A DNA stretch of 64,000 nucleotides from the NCBI GenBank assembly GCA_015075425.1, contig JABTUL010000003.1, positions 216,693-280,692 on the forward strand, given 5' to 3'. The notes below the pieces were generated by a model. That model did no database searches. It saw only the letters and a program-made list of their open reading frames with translations, and was not told the DNA's origin. The stretch comes from Spirochaetales bacterium (GTDB lineage Bacteria; Spirochaetota; Leptospiria; Leptospirales; Leptonemataceae). Shown in pieces: positions 25,406 through 33,515 of this stretch. A program made the position numbers and the translations under genes. Position 1 is the first letter of the stretch. Every line of letters starts with the position of its first letter.

Positions 25406-26836
25406 ATGCTTTTTGTAACTGAGTCGTTCCTGATTTTTTTTCTGGCCGTTCTTTGCGGATTCTGGATTGTTCAGGCAACCTGGCGGCGCAATATCTTGAT
25501 TGTAGCGTCACTTTTTTTTTACGCCACCTGGAGTGTGCCATTCACCTTTCATTTTATTTTCATTATTGCTTTGAACTACCTGGTGATGGAGCTCTGGCGC
25601 GAGTACCGCAAAGTATACCTTTTTTATGGCTTACAGATACTGAATATTTGCAACATTGCCTTTTTTAAGTACTACTATCTGGTTTTCGATTTTTTAGGTC
25701 GGCTTCTTTCTGTGCCATCCTTCCTTGAAGCCGGATTGCGCGAAACGCATCGATCTGCGGGAATGGAGATCTTCCTGCCCCTGGCCATTTCTTTTTACAC
25801 CTTTCAGGTGATGGGATACGGAATTGATCTTTATCGCGGGACCTACACAGAGAAGCACTCCTTTCTGGATGTGCTTCTTTTTCTCATGTTCTTTCCGCAG
25901 CTCATTGCCGGGCCCATCATGCGTTCTGCCGATCTGTTGCCCCAACTCACGCAGACCCACAAAATCGGCTGGAACAGTGAGGAATTCAAGCGCGGTCTGT
26001 GGCTGATTCTGGCCGGTGTTTTTAAAAAGCTTTTGATAGCAGATCAATTGCTGGCCGGGGCCGCTCCGGTGCTCGGAGCGTCCCCGGCGACCTTACCGGA
26101 GTTTGCTACCTGGACTCTGTGGTCCGCCATTCTTTCGGCCATGCTAATGCTCTACGCCGACTTTTCCGCTTACAGTGATATTGCCTGCGGCACAGCAGCC
26201 ATGCTGGGATTCAAGCTGCCGGTGAATTTCAAAGCGCCGTTCTTTCTGGTTTCCTTTTCTGATTTCTGGCGACGCTGGCATCTGACATTTTCTTACTGGA
26301 TTCGTGACTATATTTACATTCCCCTGGGAGGTTCTAAAGCGGGGGAATTGCGTAATTACTTCAATCTGGTAGTGACCTTTTTTTTGGGGGGTCTGTGGCA
26401 CGGAGCTTCTTATACTTTTGTGCTCTGGGGCATACTCATGGGCGTCGTCCTGAGCGCTGAAGCGATTTTGCGACGTCAGGGAATTGCGGACTGGCCACAG
26501 CAGTACTGGTTAAGAGCGATTCGACTGGCCATTGTCTGGATTTTACTTATCCTGAGCAGCGTCTTTTTTTTCTCACCCTCCCTTCAGTGGTCTTTCGATT
26601 GTATGCAGTGGATGCTCACCGGGACGGAAGGCAAGCTCCTGCCCGCCCAGGGGATGGTGTTGCCTGTTGCTGCCTTTTGCGTGCTTTTCTTTCATTTTGT
26701 TGAGGAAAAACCGGAGTGGTTTACCCGCTTTCGACGTCATGAAAATCTTCTTTTGCCACTGGTCTCCCTCCTTTTGCTCTTGCTGGTCCACGAATATGTA
26801 CAGGGAGCTAAAGATTTCTTTTATTTTCAATTCTAA
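25406..26836 (+). CDS. MBOAT family membrane O-acyltransferase (AlgI/DltB/PatA-like)
   Basis: 476 aa, polytopic. FPQLIAGPIMR, SDFWRRWHLTFSYWIRDYIYIPLGGS and GLWHGASYTFVLWG are MBOAT hallmarks that include the catalytic His. Confidence 0.9.
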   Translation: MLFVTESFLIFFLAVLCGFWIVQATWRRNILIVASLFFYATWSVPFTFHFIFIIALNYLVMELWREYRKVYLFYGLQILNICNIAFFKYYYLVFDFLGRLLSVPSFLEAGLRETHRSAGMEIFLPLAISFYTFQVMGYGIDLYRGTYTEKHSFLDVLLFLMFFPQLIAGPIMRSADLLPQLTQTHKIGWNSEEFKRGLWLILAGVFKKLLIADQLLAGAAPVLGASPATLPEFATWTLWSAILSAMLMLYADFSAYSDIACGTAAMLGFKLPVNFKAPFFLVSFSDFWRRWHLTFSYWIRDYIYIPLGGSKAGELRNYFNLVVTFFLGGLWHGASYTFVLWGILMGVVLSAEAILRRQGIADWPQQYWLRAIRLAIVWILLILSSVFFFSPSLQWSFDCMQWMLTGTEGKLLPAQGMVLPVAAFCVLFFHFVEEKPEWFTRFRRHENLLLPLVSLLLLLLVHEYVQGAKDFFYFQF

Positions 26837-27933
26837 TGAAAGATACAGCTACAAAATGGATTCTGATTTGCCTGGCGTCTCTGGCCACTCTCTTTGTGCT
26901 CGATAAGCTATTTCTCTTGCCGGAGGTGCGGGACAATTTCATTCAGCCTGGTGGTATGATCTACTATCGCCAGCGTGCGCGGCAGATAGAGCCCTTTCGC
27001 CGTTTTGCCTGCGAGCATGCCGATTCTCGAGTCACCCTGGTGTTAGGTGATTCCCGAGTCTTTGCTCTGGGCCAGGATATGCTGGACAAGGAGGATCGCC
27101 GGAAGTGGGAGATCTGGAACTTTGCCGGCCCGCAGGCGATACCGGCCTACCATTACTACCTGGCGCGCAAGCTGATCGATACGGCCTGTCCGCCGCGTTA
27201 TCTGCTGCTCGGGGTGGCCCCGGACTCGTTCAACCGCAACGCCGCTGTCTTTGCTTCACCGGTCCTGAATTTTGGTACGGACGGTCTTTTTGCTGAGCAG
27301 GAAAAAACCCATATTCCCGCAGAGGCTTTGCGTGCTTACGCTCAGACCCGCCGGTTTGCTCTGCATGGCCTTGGCTTTTCTTTCAATACTTTCATCGTTC
27401 GACTTCGCGGCAGTCTTTCCGGTCACGGGCAATCAGGGCCCGAGGATGAGCTTTCCTTGATTATGGAAGCGCCGGCGGACAGCCTTTTACTGTACAGCCT
27501 CGAGCATTCGCCGCACCGCCGCGTTCTGGATCGCTTGCGCGGCGCTCAGTTTGCCTGGATCGGTCAGATGTCTGATGATGACCTCAAAGAGGAAACGCGC
27601 AGGCTGAAGGAATTTTATCTTTCCCGATTTCGGGTATCACCCGAACAGGTGTACTTTTTCCGACGCACAGTGGAAATCGCTGAGCGATCCGGCGTAAAAA
27701 CGCTGCTCTTCTGGCCCCGCGTCAACCCTCATTTGCAAAAGGCGTATACGGAGCATCCGGCTCTTCAGGCTCTCTGGCGGGAAATGCAGATTCTGGTAGC
27801 CCGGGCCGGTGGTTCATCGGTTGATCTAAACCAGGAAGATCGCGCACGCTGCGAATCCTACTATGATGCCAGTCATCTCTCAGCAACCTGCTTCAAGGAT
27901 ATCACGCCCTTTCTGCTGGAAAAATTGCCTTAA
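26836..27933 (+). CDS. MBOAT partner protein, SGNH-like/DUF1574-like (function analogous to AlgJ/AlgX, PatB, DltD)
   Basis: N-terminal membrane anchor. VTLVLGDSRVFALG resembles SGNH block I (GDS). The start overlaps the MBOAT stop by 1 nt. The family call is from memory only. Confidence 0.55.
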   Translation: MKDTATKWILICLASLATLFVLDKLFLLPEVRDNFIQPGGMIYYRQRARQIEPFRRFACEHADSRVTLVLGDSRVFALGQDMLDKEDRRKWEIWNFAGPQAIPAYHYYLARKLIDTACPPRYLLLGVAPDSFNRNAAVFASPVLNFGTDGLFAEQEKTHIPAEALRAYAQTRRFALHGLGFSFNTFIVRLRGSLSGHGQSGPEDELSLIMEAPADSLLLYSLEHSPHRRVLDRLRGAQFAWIGQMSDDDLKEETRRLKEFYLSRFRVSPEQVYFFRRTVEIAERSGVKTLLFWPRVNPHLQKAYTEHPALQALWREMQILVARAGGSSVDLNQEDRARCESYYDASHLSATCFKDITPFLLEKLP

Positions 27934-29240
27934 CGCAGGATCAGTTCTTCCTTCTGGATGGACTGTGGGGCGATCCGATAAGCGCTGAGGATACGCGCCT
28001 CCGCTTCCGCAAGCGCCTCCCTCCGGTTGCTGTGCATGAGGGCCAGAGTCTGGCCGGCCTCAATCCAGGTGCCTCGTTGCGCGCAGGTGACTATGCCGGC
28101 AGCATGATCGATGCTATCGCCCAGTTGAAAACGGCCGGCCCCGAGAATATTGGCTGCCAGAACCATGGATTCGCAATCGATATGAGTTACGTAGCCAGAC
28201 GAAGGGGCACTGACAGGCAAACAGTGCCGCGCCCCGGGGAAAAGGTCGGGCTTTTCCAGATAGCGTACATCGCCGCCCTGAGCCTCCACAAATGAGCAGA
28301 AAGTCTGGTAGGCAGCGCCACTCTGTAGAGCTGCCACGGCCTTCTCGCGGGCCTCTGCAGGGCTACAGCCACTCATTTCAATGCTTGCGGCTGCGAGAGC
28401 GAGGGATACCTGGATGAGATCTTCCAGTCCGTCTTTTTCCCCCTGTAAAATAGCAATACTTTCCTTAATTTCAAGAGCATTGCCTATGGATCGTCCCAGC
28501 GGTTCTTCCATGGAGGTGATCAGGACCCGGCAGGAGCGGTTGAGTTCTGTGAGTATTTTTTGCATGCAAGAGGCCAGTCGCTTTGCCTGGTTTATATCCT
28601 TCATGAAGGCACCGGATCCGTATTTTACGTCGAGTACCAGACTTGAGGGCCGGATGGCCAGCTTCTTGGAGAGGATGCTGGCGGAGATGAGCCCGACCGA
28701 TGGCACGGTAGCCGTAACATCGCGCAATGCATAGAGTTTGCGATCGGCAGGAGCAATGGCCGACGTGGTTCCGGTGATGACCATGCCCGATTCTTTCAGT
28801 GCCCTGAGCATCTCCTCGCGGTTCAAGTTCACGCGGATGCCAGGGATCGATTCCATCTTATCCAGAGTGCCGCCTGTATGGCCAAGGCCGCGGCCGCTCA
28901 GAAGCAGAGAAGGCAGCCCGCAGGCTGTGACGATAGGGGTAGATATAAAAGAAACTTTATCGCCTACACCACCGGTGGAATGCTTGTCGTAAAGAAGCGG
29001 AAAATCGGCGGAGAAATCAAGTATCTCACCGGAGTGAACCATAGCATCTGTCAGGCTGGCCAGTTCATCGTAAAAGAGATTCCCGCAGACCATATCCTGA
29101 AAGTAGTATGCCATGATGAAAGCAGACATCTGGTAGTCGGGAATTTTATCCTCTGCATAACCCTGAACTAAGAATGCAATTTCTTCCGGACTGAGTTTCT
29201 TTCCGTCGCGTTTGCGGGCAATCAGCTCCACCGGATTCAA
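27930..29240 (-). CDS. deoA: Thymidine/pyrimidine-nucleoside phosphorylase
   Basis: IARKRDGKKLSPEEIAFLVQGY...IPDYQMSAFIMA...DKHSTGGVGDK...SGRGLGHTGGTLDK are family signatures. Confidence 0.9.
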   Translation of the reverse strand: MNPVELIARKRDGKKLSPEEIAFLVQGYAEDKIPDYQMSAFIMAYYFQDMVCGNLFYDELASLTDAMVHSGEILDFSADFPLLYDKHSTGGVGDKVSFISTPIVTACGLPSLLLSGRGLGHTGGTLDKMESIPGIRVNLNREEMLRALKESGMVITGTTSAIAPADRKLYALRDVTATVPSVGLISASILSKKLAIRPSSLVLDVKYGSGAFMKDINQAKRLASCMQKILTELNRSCRVLITSMEEPLGRSIGNALEIKESIAILQGEKDGLEDLIQVSLALAAASIEMSGCSPAEAREKAVAALQSGAAYQTFCSFVEAQGGDVRYLEKPDLFPGARHCLPVSAPSSGYVTHIDCESMVLAANILGAGRFQLGDSIDHAAGIVTCAQRGTWIEAGQTLALMHSNRREALAEAEARILSAYRIAPQSIQKEELILR

Positions 29241-30544
29241 GGGCGTGCCTCAAACGCGATGCGGAATTCTTTCAGCCAGGCCTTGCGATTGCCGTAGGTC
29301 AGTCTGCCATCTTGCAGGCGCAGACTTCCCCCCACAACTACGTGGCGTACATCACTTGCACGCGTAGCGTAAACCAGGGTAGAGTACAAATGCGCTGAGG
29401 GAACGTTATGGACCTGACCTGTATCCAGGAGGGCAATATCGGCAAGGCGGCCCGGTTCAATTCTGCCGGCATCCTTACCCAGAGCGCGAGCGCCATCCAG
29501 GGTAGCCATGCGGAAGACCGTGCGGGCGTTCATGGAGGTCGGACCATGGAAAGGTTTCTGGATCAGAGCTGCCAGCCGCATTTCCATAAAACCATCGAGT
29601 AGATTGTTGCAGGGGGGGCCATCGGCTCCCAGGGATACACTGATCCCTTCCTCCAGCATGCGGGGCACCGGAGCGATTCCGGATGCCAGTTTCAGATTGC
29701 TGGATGGGCAGTGCAGGACGTGTGACCCGGAGACTTTCAATCGTTTCCAGTCATCTTCTTCCATATGCACACAGTGTGCTATGCAGGTCCGCGGCCCCAT
29801 AAAGCCGATTTTTTCCAGATATTCCAGATTCCCGTAACCTGTTTTATTTCTGACAAGTTCAATTTCTTTTTTATTTTCTGAAGCATGGGTATGGATGATG
29901 AGGTTGTATTTTTCCGAAAGGCGCGCGCATTCGCGCATCAAATCGGTTGTGCAACTAACGGCAAAGCGTGGTGTGATAGCAACCTCAAGCAGGCCGTTTT
30001 TGCCATGCCAGCGTTCGATCAATTCTTCCGTTTCCTTCAGGGCGCTGGCTGTATCTTCAACGAGTTCCGGGGGACAGATGCTTTGATCGTCCATGAGACA
30101 TTTTCCCGAAATGGCCCGGAGGCCAGATTCTTCCAGGGCCTGGAAAACAGCGTCCGTATGCCTGATGGTCGCCATATCCAGAATGGTCGTGGTTCCGCCG
30201 CGCAGAAGCTCGGCGATTCCAATCCGCGCGCCCAGTAAGAGTTCATCAGAAGAAAGCCGCGATTCTCCGGGCCAGATGTAGGCAGACAACCAGTCCAGGA
30301 GCTCAACATCATCGGCTGTGTTGCGGAAGGGCGTCTGGCAGAGGTGGATATGAGTCTGGACCAGGCCCGGTATGGCACAAAGGCCGGTGCAATCGAGAAT
30401 CGGTCCTTCGTAGGGAAGCGTGCCTGTCGCTCCCATTTGCTTGATGCGATCGTCCTCAAGAATGATATCCTGTCCATACAGGAACTCAGGACCCGTATCG
30501 CTGTTGGTGACGACGCTTGCGCAATTCTTAAGACAGAGTTTCAT
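29237..30544 (-). CDS. Amidohydrolase-superfamily deaminase (MtaD/TRZ-ATZ-like nucleoside or nucleobase deaminase)
   Basis: GLVQTHIHLCQT (HxH metal motif), IIHTHASEN, LHCPSSNLKLASG, LGADG. Flanked by cdd and deoA with 4-nt and 17-nt overlaps. Confidence 0.8.
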   Translation of the reverse strand: MKLCLKNCASVVTNSDTGPEFLYGQDIILEDDRIKQMGATGTLPYEGPILDCTGLCAIPGLVQTHIHLCQTPFRNTADDVELLDWLSAYIWPGESRLSSDELLLGARIGIAELLRGGTTTILDMATIRHTDAVFQALEESGLRAISGKCLMDDQSICPPELVEDTASALKETEELIERWHGKNGLLEVAITPRFAVSCTTDLMRECARLSEKYNLIIHTHASENKKEIELVRNKTGYGNLEYLEKIGFMGPRTCIAHCVHMEEDDWKRLKVSGSHVLHCPSSNLKLASGIAPVPRMLEEGISVSLGADGPPCNNLLDGFMEMRLAALIQKPFHGPTSMNARTVFRMATLDGARALGKDAGRIEPGRLADIALLDTGQVHNVPSAHLYSTLVYATRASDVRHVVVGGSLRLQDGRLTYGNRKAWLKEFRIAFEARP

Positions 30545-30953
30545 GGACGGAAGGCCTCTGCAAAAGGTCGTGCGGCAATGATAGCGGCAGGAGTTGCTCT
30601 ATAGAGACCGTGAGGATGTCTGCCGTGCCGCCGTTGATAGTGGTCGAATGAATCAGGATATCGCTGCCAAATTCACTGATGATCTGCCGGCACAGTCCAC
30701 AGGGAGGCACGGGCCGGGGCGTGTCCGTGAGAATCAGGATCTCTTTAAACTGGCGTTCACCGGCCGTTATCGCGGAGGAAATAGCCACGCGTTCGGCGCA
30801 CAGGGTAGCACCAAAGCTCAAATTCTCCACATTGCAACCGACAAAGATACGATCCGATGCCGTTCGCAACGCAGCCGCCACTTGAAAGCGCGAATAGGGG
30901 GCATAGGCGTGGGCGAAGACCCCGAGAGCCATTTGATAAAGTTTCTCCATCAT
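30528..30953 (-). CDS. cdd: Cytidine deaminase
   Basis: 141 aa. CAERVAISSAI (CAE zinc motif) and PCGLCRQ (PCxxC). Confidence 0.9.
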   Translation of the reverse strand: MMEKLYQMALGVFAHAYAPYSRFQVAAALRTASDRIFVGCNVENLSFGATLCAERVAISSAITAGERQFKEILILTDTPRPVPPCGLCRQIISEFGSDILIHSTTINGGTADILTVSIEQLLPLSLPHDLLQRPSVHETLS

Positions 30954-31783
30954 AACATGGCCCGGGAAAATTGAGGAAGGGCTGCGCTCATCAAAGAAGC
31001 AAAGTTCTGCATGGCCCGGGCGGCAATATCTGTCACCTCATCGTGACTGAGTAAGTCGCCGGTGATGCCCGCTCCCATGTTGGTGATGCAGGAAATTCCG
31101 GCGACCTGCATGCGCAACCGATTGGCGGTGATTACCTCCGGGATGGTAGACATGCCACAGGCATCTGCACCCAGGGCTCGATACATGCGGATCTCTGCCG
31201 GGGTCTCATAGACAGGTCCACTCACGGCCACATAAACACCCTCTTGAACGGTCAGCGCAATGCTGCGCGCAGCATCGCGCAAAGCCGTGCGCAGAGCAGG
31301 ATGGTAAGCTGCACTCAGGTCGAGAAATTTTTCCTGATAGGAGAGGTCGGACCGGCCGACAAGAGGGTTGCTGCCCATCAGATTGATATGGTCACTGATG
31401 AGCATCAGATCCCCGGGCTGATATGCGGCATTCACCGCACCGGCAGCATTGGTAACGATGAGCTGTTTTACTCCGGCCCTGGCCATGATCTCTACCGGCC
31501 GGACGATCTGCTGCATACTGTAGCCTTCATAGAAATGAAGTCTGCCCTGCATACCGAGCAAAAGATGGTCCCCAAATTTTCCCCGAACAAACTGGCCTTT
31601 ATGGCCGGTCACGGTGCTGGGCACAAGACCGGGCAGGCTGGAATAGGGGAGGGTCTCGCGATCCGTCCACAATTCGACAAAGTCCCCGAGCCCCGAGCCA
31701 AGGACGATGGCCCGGTCCGGGACGGTGCCAAAGTGGCTGCGAAGTTTATCCGCTGCTGCATCCAGCTCTGAAGATAGATCCAT
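30950..31783 (-). CDS. punA: Purine nucleoside phosphorylase (trimeric PNP/PunA type)
   Basis: VTGHKGQFVRGKFGDHLLLGMQGRLHFYEGYS...NAAGAVN...GVYVAVSGPVYETPAE...GMSTIPE. I chose the start MDLSSELDAAADKL at 31783. The track ORF extends to 31894 with a non-homologous N-terminal extension. Confidence 0.85.
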   Translation of the reverse strand: MDLSSELDAAADKLRSHFGTVPDRAIVLGSGLGDFVELWTDRETLPYSSLPGLVPSTVTGHKGQFVRGKFGDHLLLGMQGRLHFYEGYSMQQIVRPVEIMARAGVKQLIVTNAAGAVNAAYQPGDLMLISDHINLMGSNPLVGRSDLSYQEKFLDLSAAYHPALRTALRDAARSIALTVQEGVYVAVSGPVYETPAEIRMYRALGADACGMSTIPEVITANRLRMQVAGISCITNMGAGITGDLLSHDEVTDIAARAMQNFASLMSAALPQFSRAML

Positions 31784-31815
31784 GAGTGAAGGCCACGATT
31801 GTGTAAAAGGGCAGC

Positions 31816-31833
31816 ATGCAAAGCATTTTGCAT
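31816..31833. promoter_or_regulatory. 7-4-7 perfect inverted repeat; candidate operator between punA and the metal locus
   Basis: ATGCAAA-gcat-TTTGCAT, 33-50 nt upstream of the punA start on the opposite strand. No cognate regulator is identified. Confidence 0.3.
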
Positions 31834-32299
31834 AACCATGGGCGGGCCCAAACGTTTTTCCTTGACGTCGGTTTGATCGTAAGTTTTCTTGCATCCGTGA
31901 GATTGGCGAGTGTGATCACTCTATGGGTCTGGCTTCTGGGTCTGGCCGCACCGCATGTGCATACGGCCCTCCATCATGAAACGGCCACAGCCTGCTGTTT
32001 TCATGCAGAAGAACACAAGCATGAAAGCTGCCTGCATCGGCAGACGGACTCCGTTTTCGAGCATGATTGTCCGTCCAGTGTAAAGGCCGTAATTCGTCTG
32101 GATCGTAACAGGACTCTTGCCCTGGATCTCCGTGCGCCTTCCGCTACGGATCTGTATGCCGCCCGGGGCTGGCAGGACCGTTCCTTTCTCACGACTCTCC
32201 TTGCGCGCGCTCCTCCCGTCTGACAGCCTCCGGGCTCTTCTTATCAATTCTTTTCTAACCGGCAAAAGTTCGGTAAGATTATCTTCTCTGGAGGAAGAC

Positions 32300-33019
32300 A
32301 TGTATCAAAATTATTTATCAAAATATCTGGGTAAGGTCGTCATTCTTTGTATGGTCCTGCCTTTTGTGTCCTGTACGGAACTGGGCCTTGGAAATTTTCT
32401 GGGTGGTGAGGATAGCAAATCAAAGGAAAGGAACTCCCTGCTTGCGGCTCTCCTTTTGCTTCAGGGAAGCTCGTCCTCGAGTTGCGCCTGTCAGCTGGGT
32501 AACGCTTGCTTTACGCCGTCGAGTGGTGTAACTTGCTCTGGCGGCAGTGCAACCGGAACGGGAACTCTGACTTCAGATTCGCCCACCTCAAGTGCCAGCA
32601 CGAACAATTTTGTTTCCCTTGAAGTTACCGTGACGCTTGCGGCGAATGGTTCCAATGTGATATTGAATACAGCCAGTTCGGCCATTAGCACGAATCAGGT
32701 GGGAATCAAAATCAACCACACCGGAGATGCAACTGCTGTCAGTACTGCAACGGAAGCAGAAGCGTTTGATGGTGCGGGAACGCATCAAGCAGCGCCTGGC
32801 AGTACAGCGACTACCTATTGCATGGAGTCACACGCTCCCGGGGAGGGGCATGTAATGCTAAAGAAAGCAACCTGTCCAACCGGAACAGAGGCTGCAAATA
32901 CTGTTCGGGAAAAATCTGGACTCAGCACTACCGGAGCCGGAAATACCTGGGGCTTTCGTTTGAACAATGCCACGATCAGTTCTCTTACTCGTAACAGCAG
33001 TAAGAAGTTCACGGAGTGA
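32300..33019 (+). CDS. Hypothetical Ser/Thr-rich lipoprotein, first gene of the putative metal-uptake operon
   Basis: The ATG at 32300 is preceded by GGAGG (32290-32294). MYQNYLSKYLGKVVILCMVLPFVSC lipobox. The track ORF starts upstream at 32117. Confidence 0.55.
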   Translation: MYQNYLSKYLGKVVILCMVLPFVSCTELGLGNFLGGEDSKSKERNSLLAALLLLQGSSSSSCACQLGNACFTPSSGVTCSGGSATGTGTLTSDSPTSSASTNNFVSLEVTVTLAANGSNVILNTASSAISTNQVGIKINHTGDATAVSTATEAEAFDGAGTHQAAPGSTATTYCMESHAPGEGHVMLKKATCPTGTEAANTVREKSGLSTTGAGNTWGFRLNNATISSLTRNSSKKFTE

Positions 33020-33023
33020 CGCC

Positions 33024-33515
33024 ATGAAGAAAAGTATTATCTGGATCGTGATAGTTCTGTTTTCACCGGGGTGCCAGCGGCACCCCGAGTCCGGTCTTGC
33101 GCAAGAAGAAAAGGGCATGAGCGCCGACCATTCGGTTTTTGAAGCAGACCACAAGAAATGGGAAGAAGAACATGCTCGGCTGGAGCAAGATCACAAAGTG
33201 ATTGCCCGTGAGTGCAAAGAGCGCAAGTCCCATGGTTGCAGTGAGAGGCATGAAGCAATCGTTACTCGACACAAGGAAATTGTTGAGAAGCACGCTGCTC
33301 TGATTCGCAATCATGAAGACGTGGTAGGCAAGCACAGGGAAATGGAAAAGAGTCACAAAAGCGGGAAGCTTACCCCGGAGCAGGTGAGGTCCGAGCACGA
33401 GGTCATGCAGGCAGATCACCGCCGGATGGCTGAAGAGCATGCCCTCATCAAAAAAGAACACGAGGAAATGAAGACCGAGCATGCAAAGATGCGTGCCGAT
33501 CACGGTTCTCCGTGA
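33024..33515 (+). CDS. His-rich periplasmic lipoprotein with an LTXXQ motif (ZraP/CpxP/Spy-like)
   Basis: MKKSIIWIVIVLFSPGC lipobox. The mature part has about 18 His in a recurring (D/E/K)H pattern about every 7-8 residues, plus the GKLTPEQV LTXXQ motif. Confidence 0.65.
   Translation: MKKSIIWIVIVLFSPGCQRHPESGLAQEEKGMSADHSVFEADHKKWEEEHARLEQDHKVIARECKERKSHGCSERHEAIVTRHKEIVEKHAALIRNHEDVVGKHREMEKSHKSGKLTPEQVRSEHEVMQADHRRMAEEHALIKKEHEEMKTEHAKMRADHGSP

Noticed and set aside
31784-31894. N-terminal extension of punA. Analogous extensions occur in track ORFs 32117.., 32967.., 42412.., 44929..46893, 47075.., 52845..53240, 53245..54969, 55886.. and 14545..14889.
   Set aside because: The extensions lack homology, overlap neighbouring genes or relics, and hide canonical signal peptides or family N-termini that begin at internal Met codons, several of which have better RBS.
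32224-32299. Search for a Zur/Fur-type box upstream of the zinc locus
   Set aside because: No AT-rich 7-1-7 or 9-1-9 dyad recognised. Only weak -35/-10-like hexamers (TTTTCT/TAAGAT).
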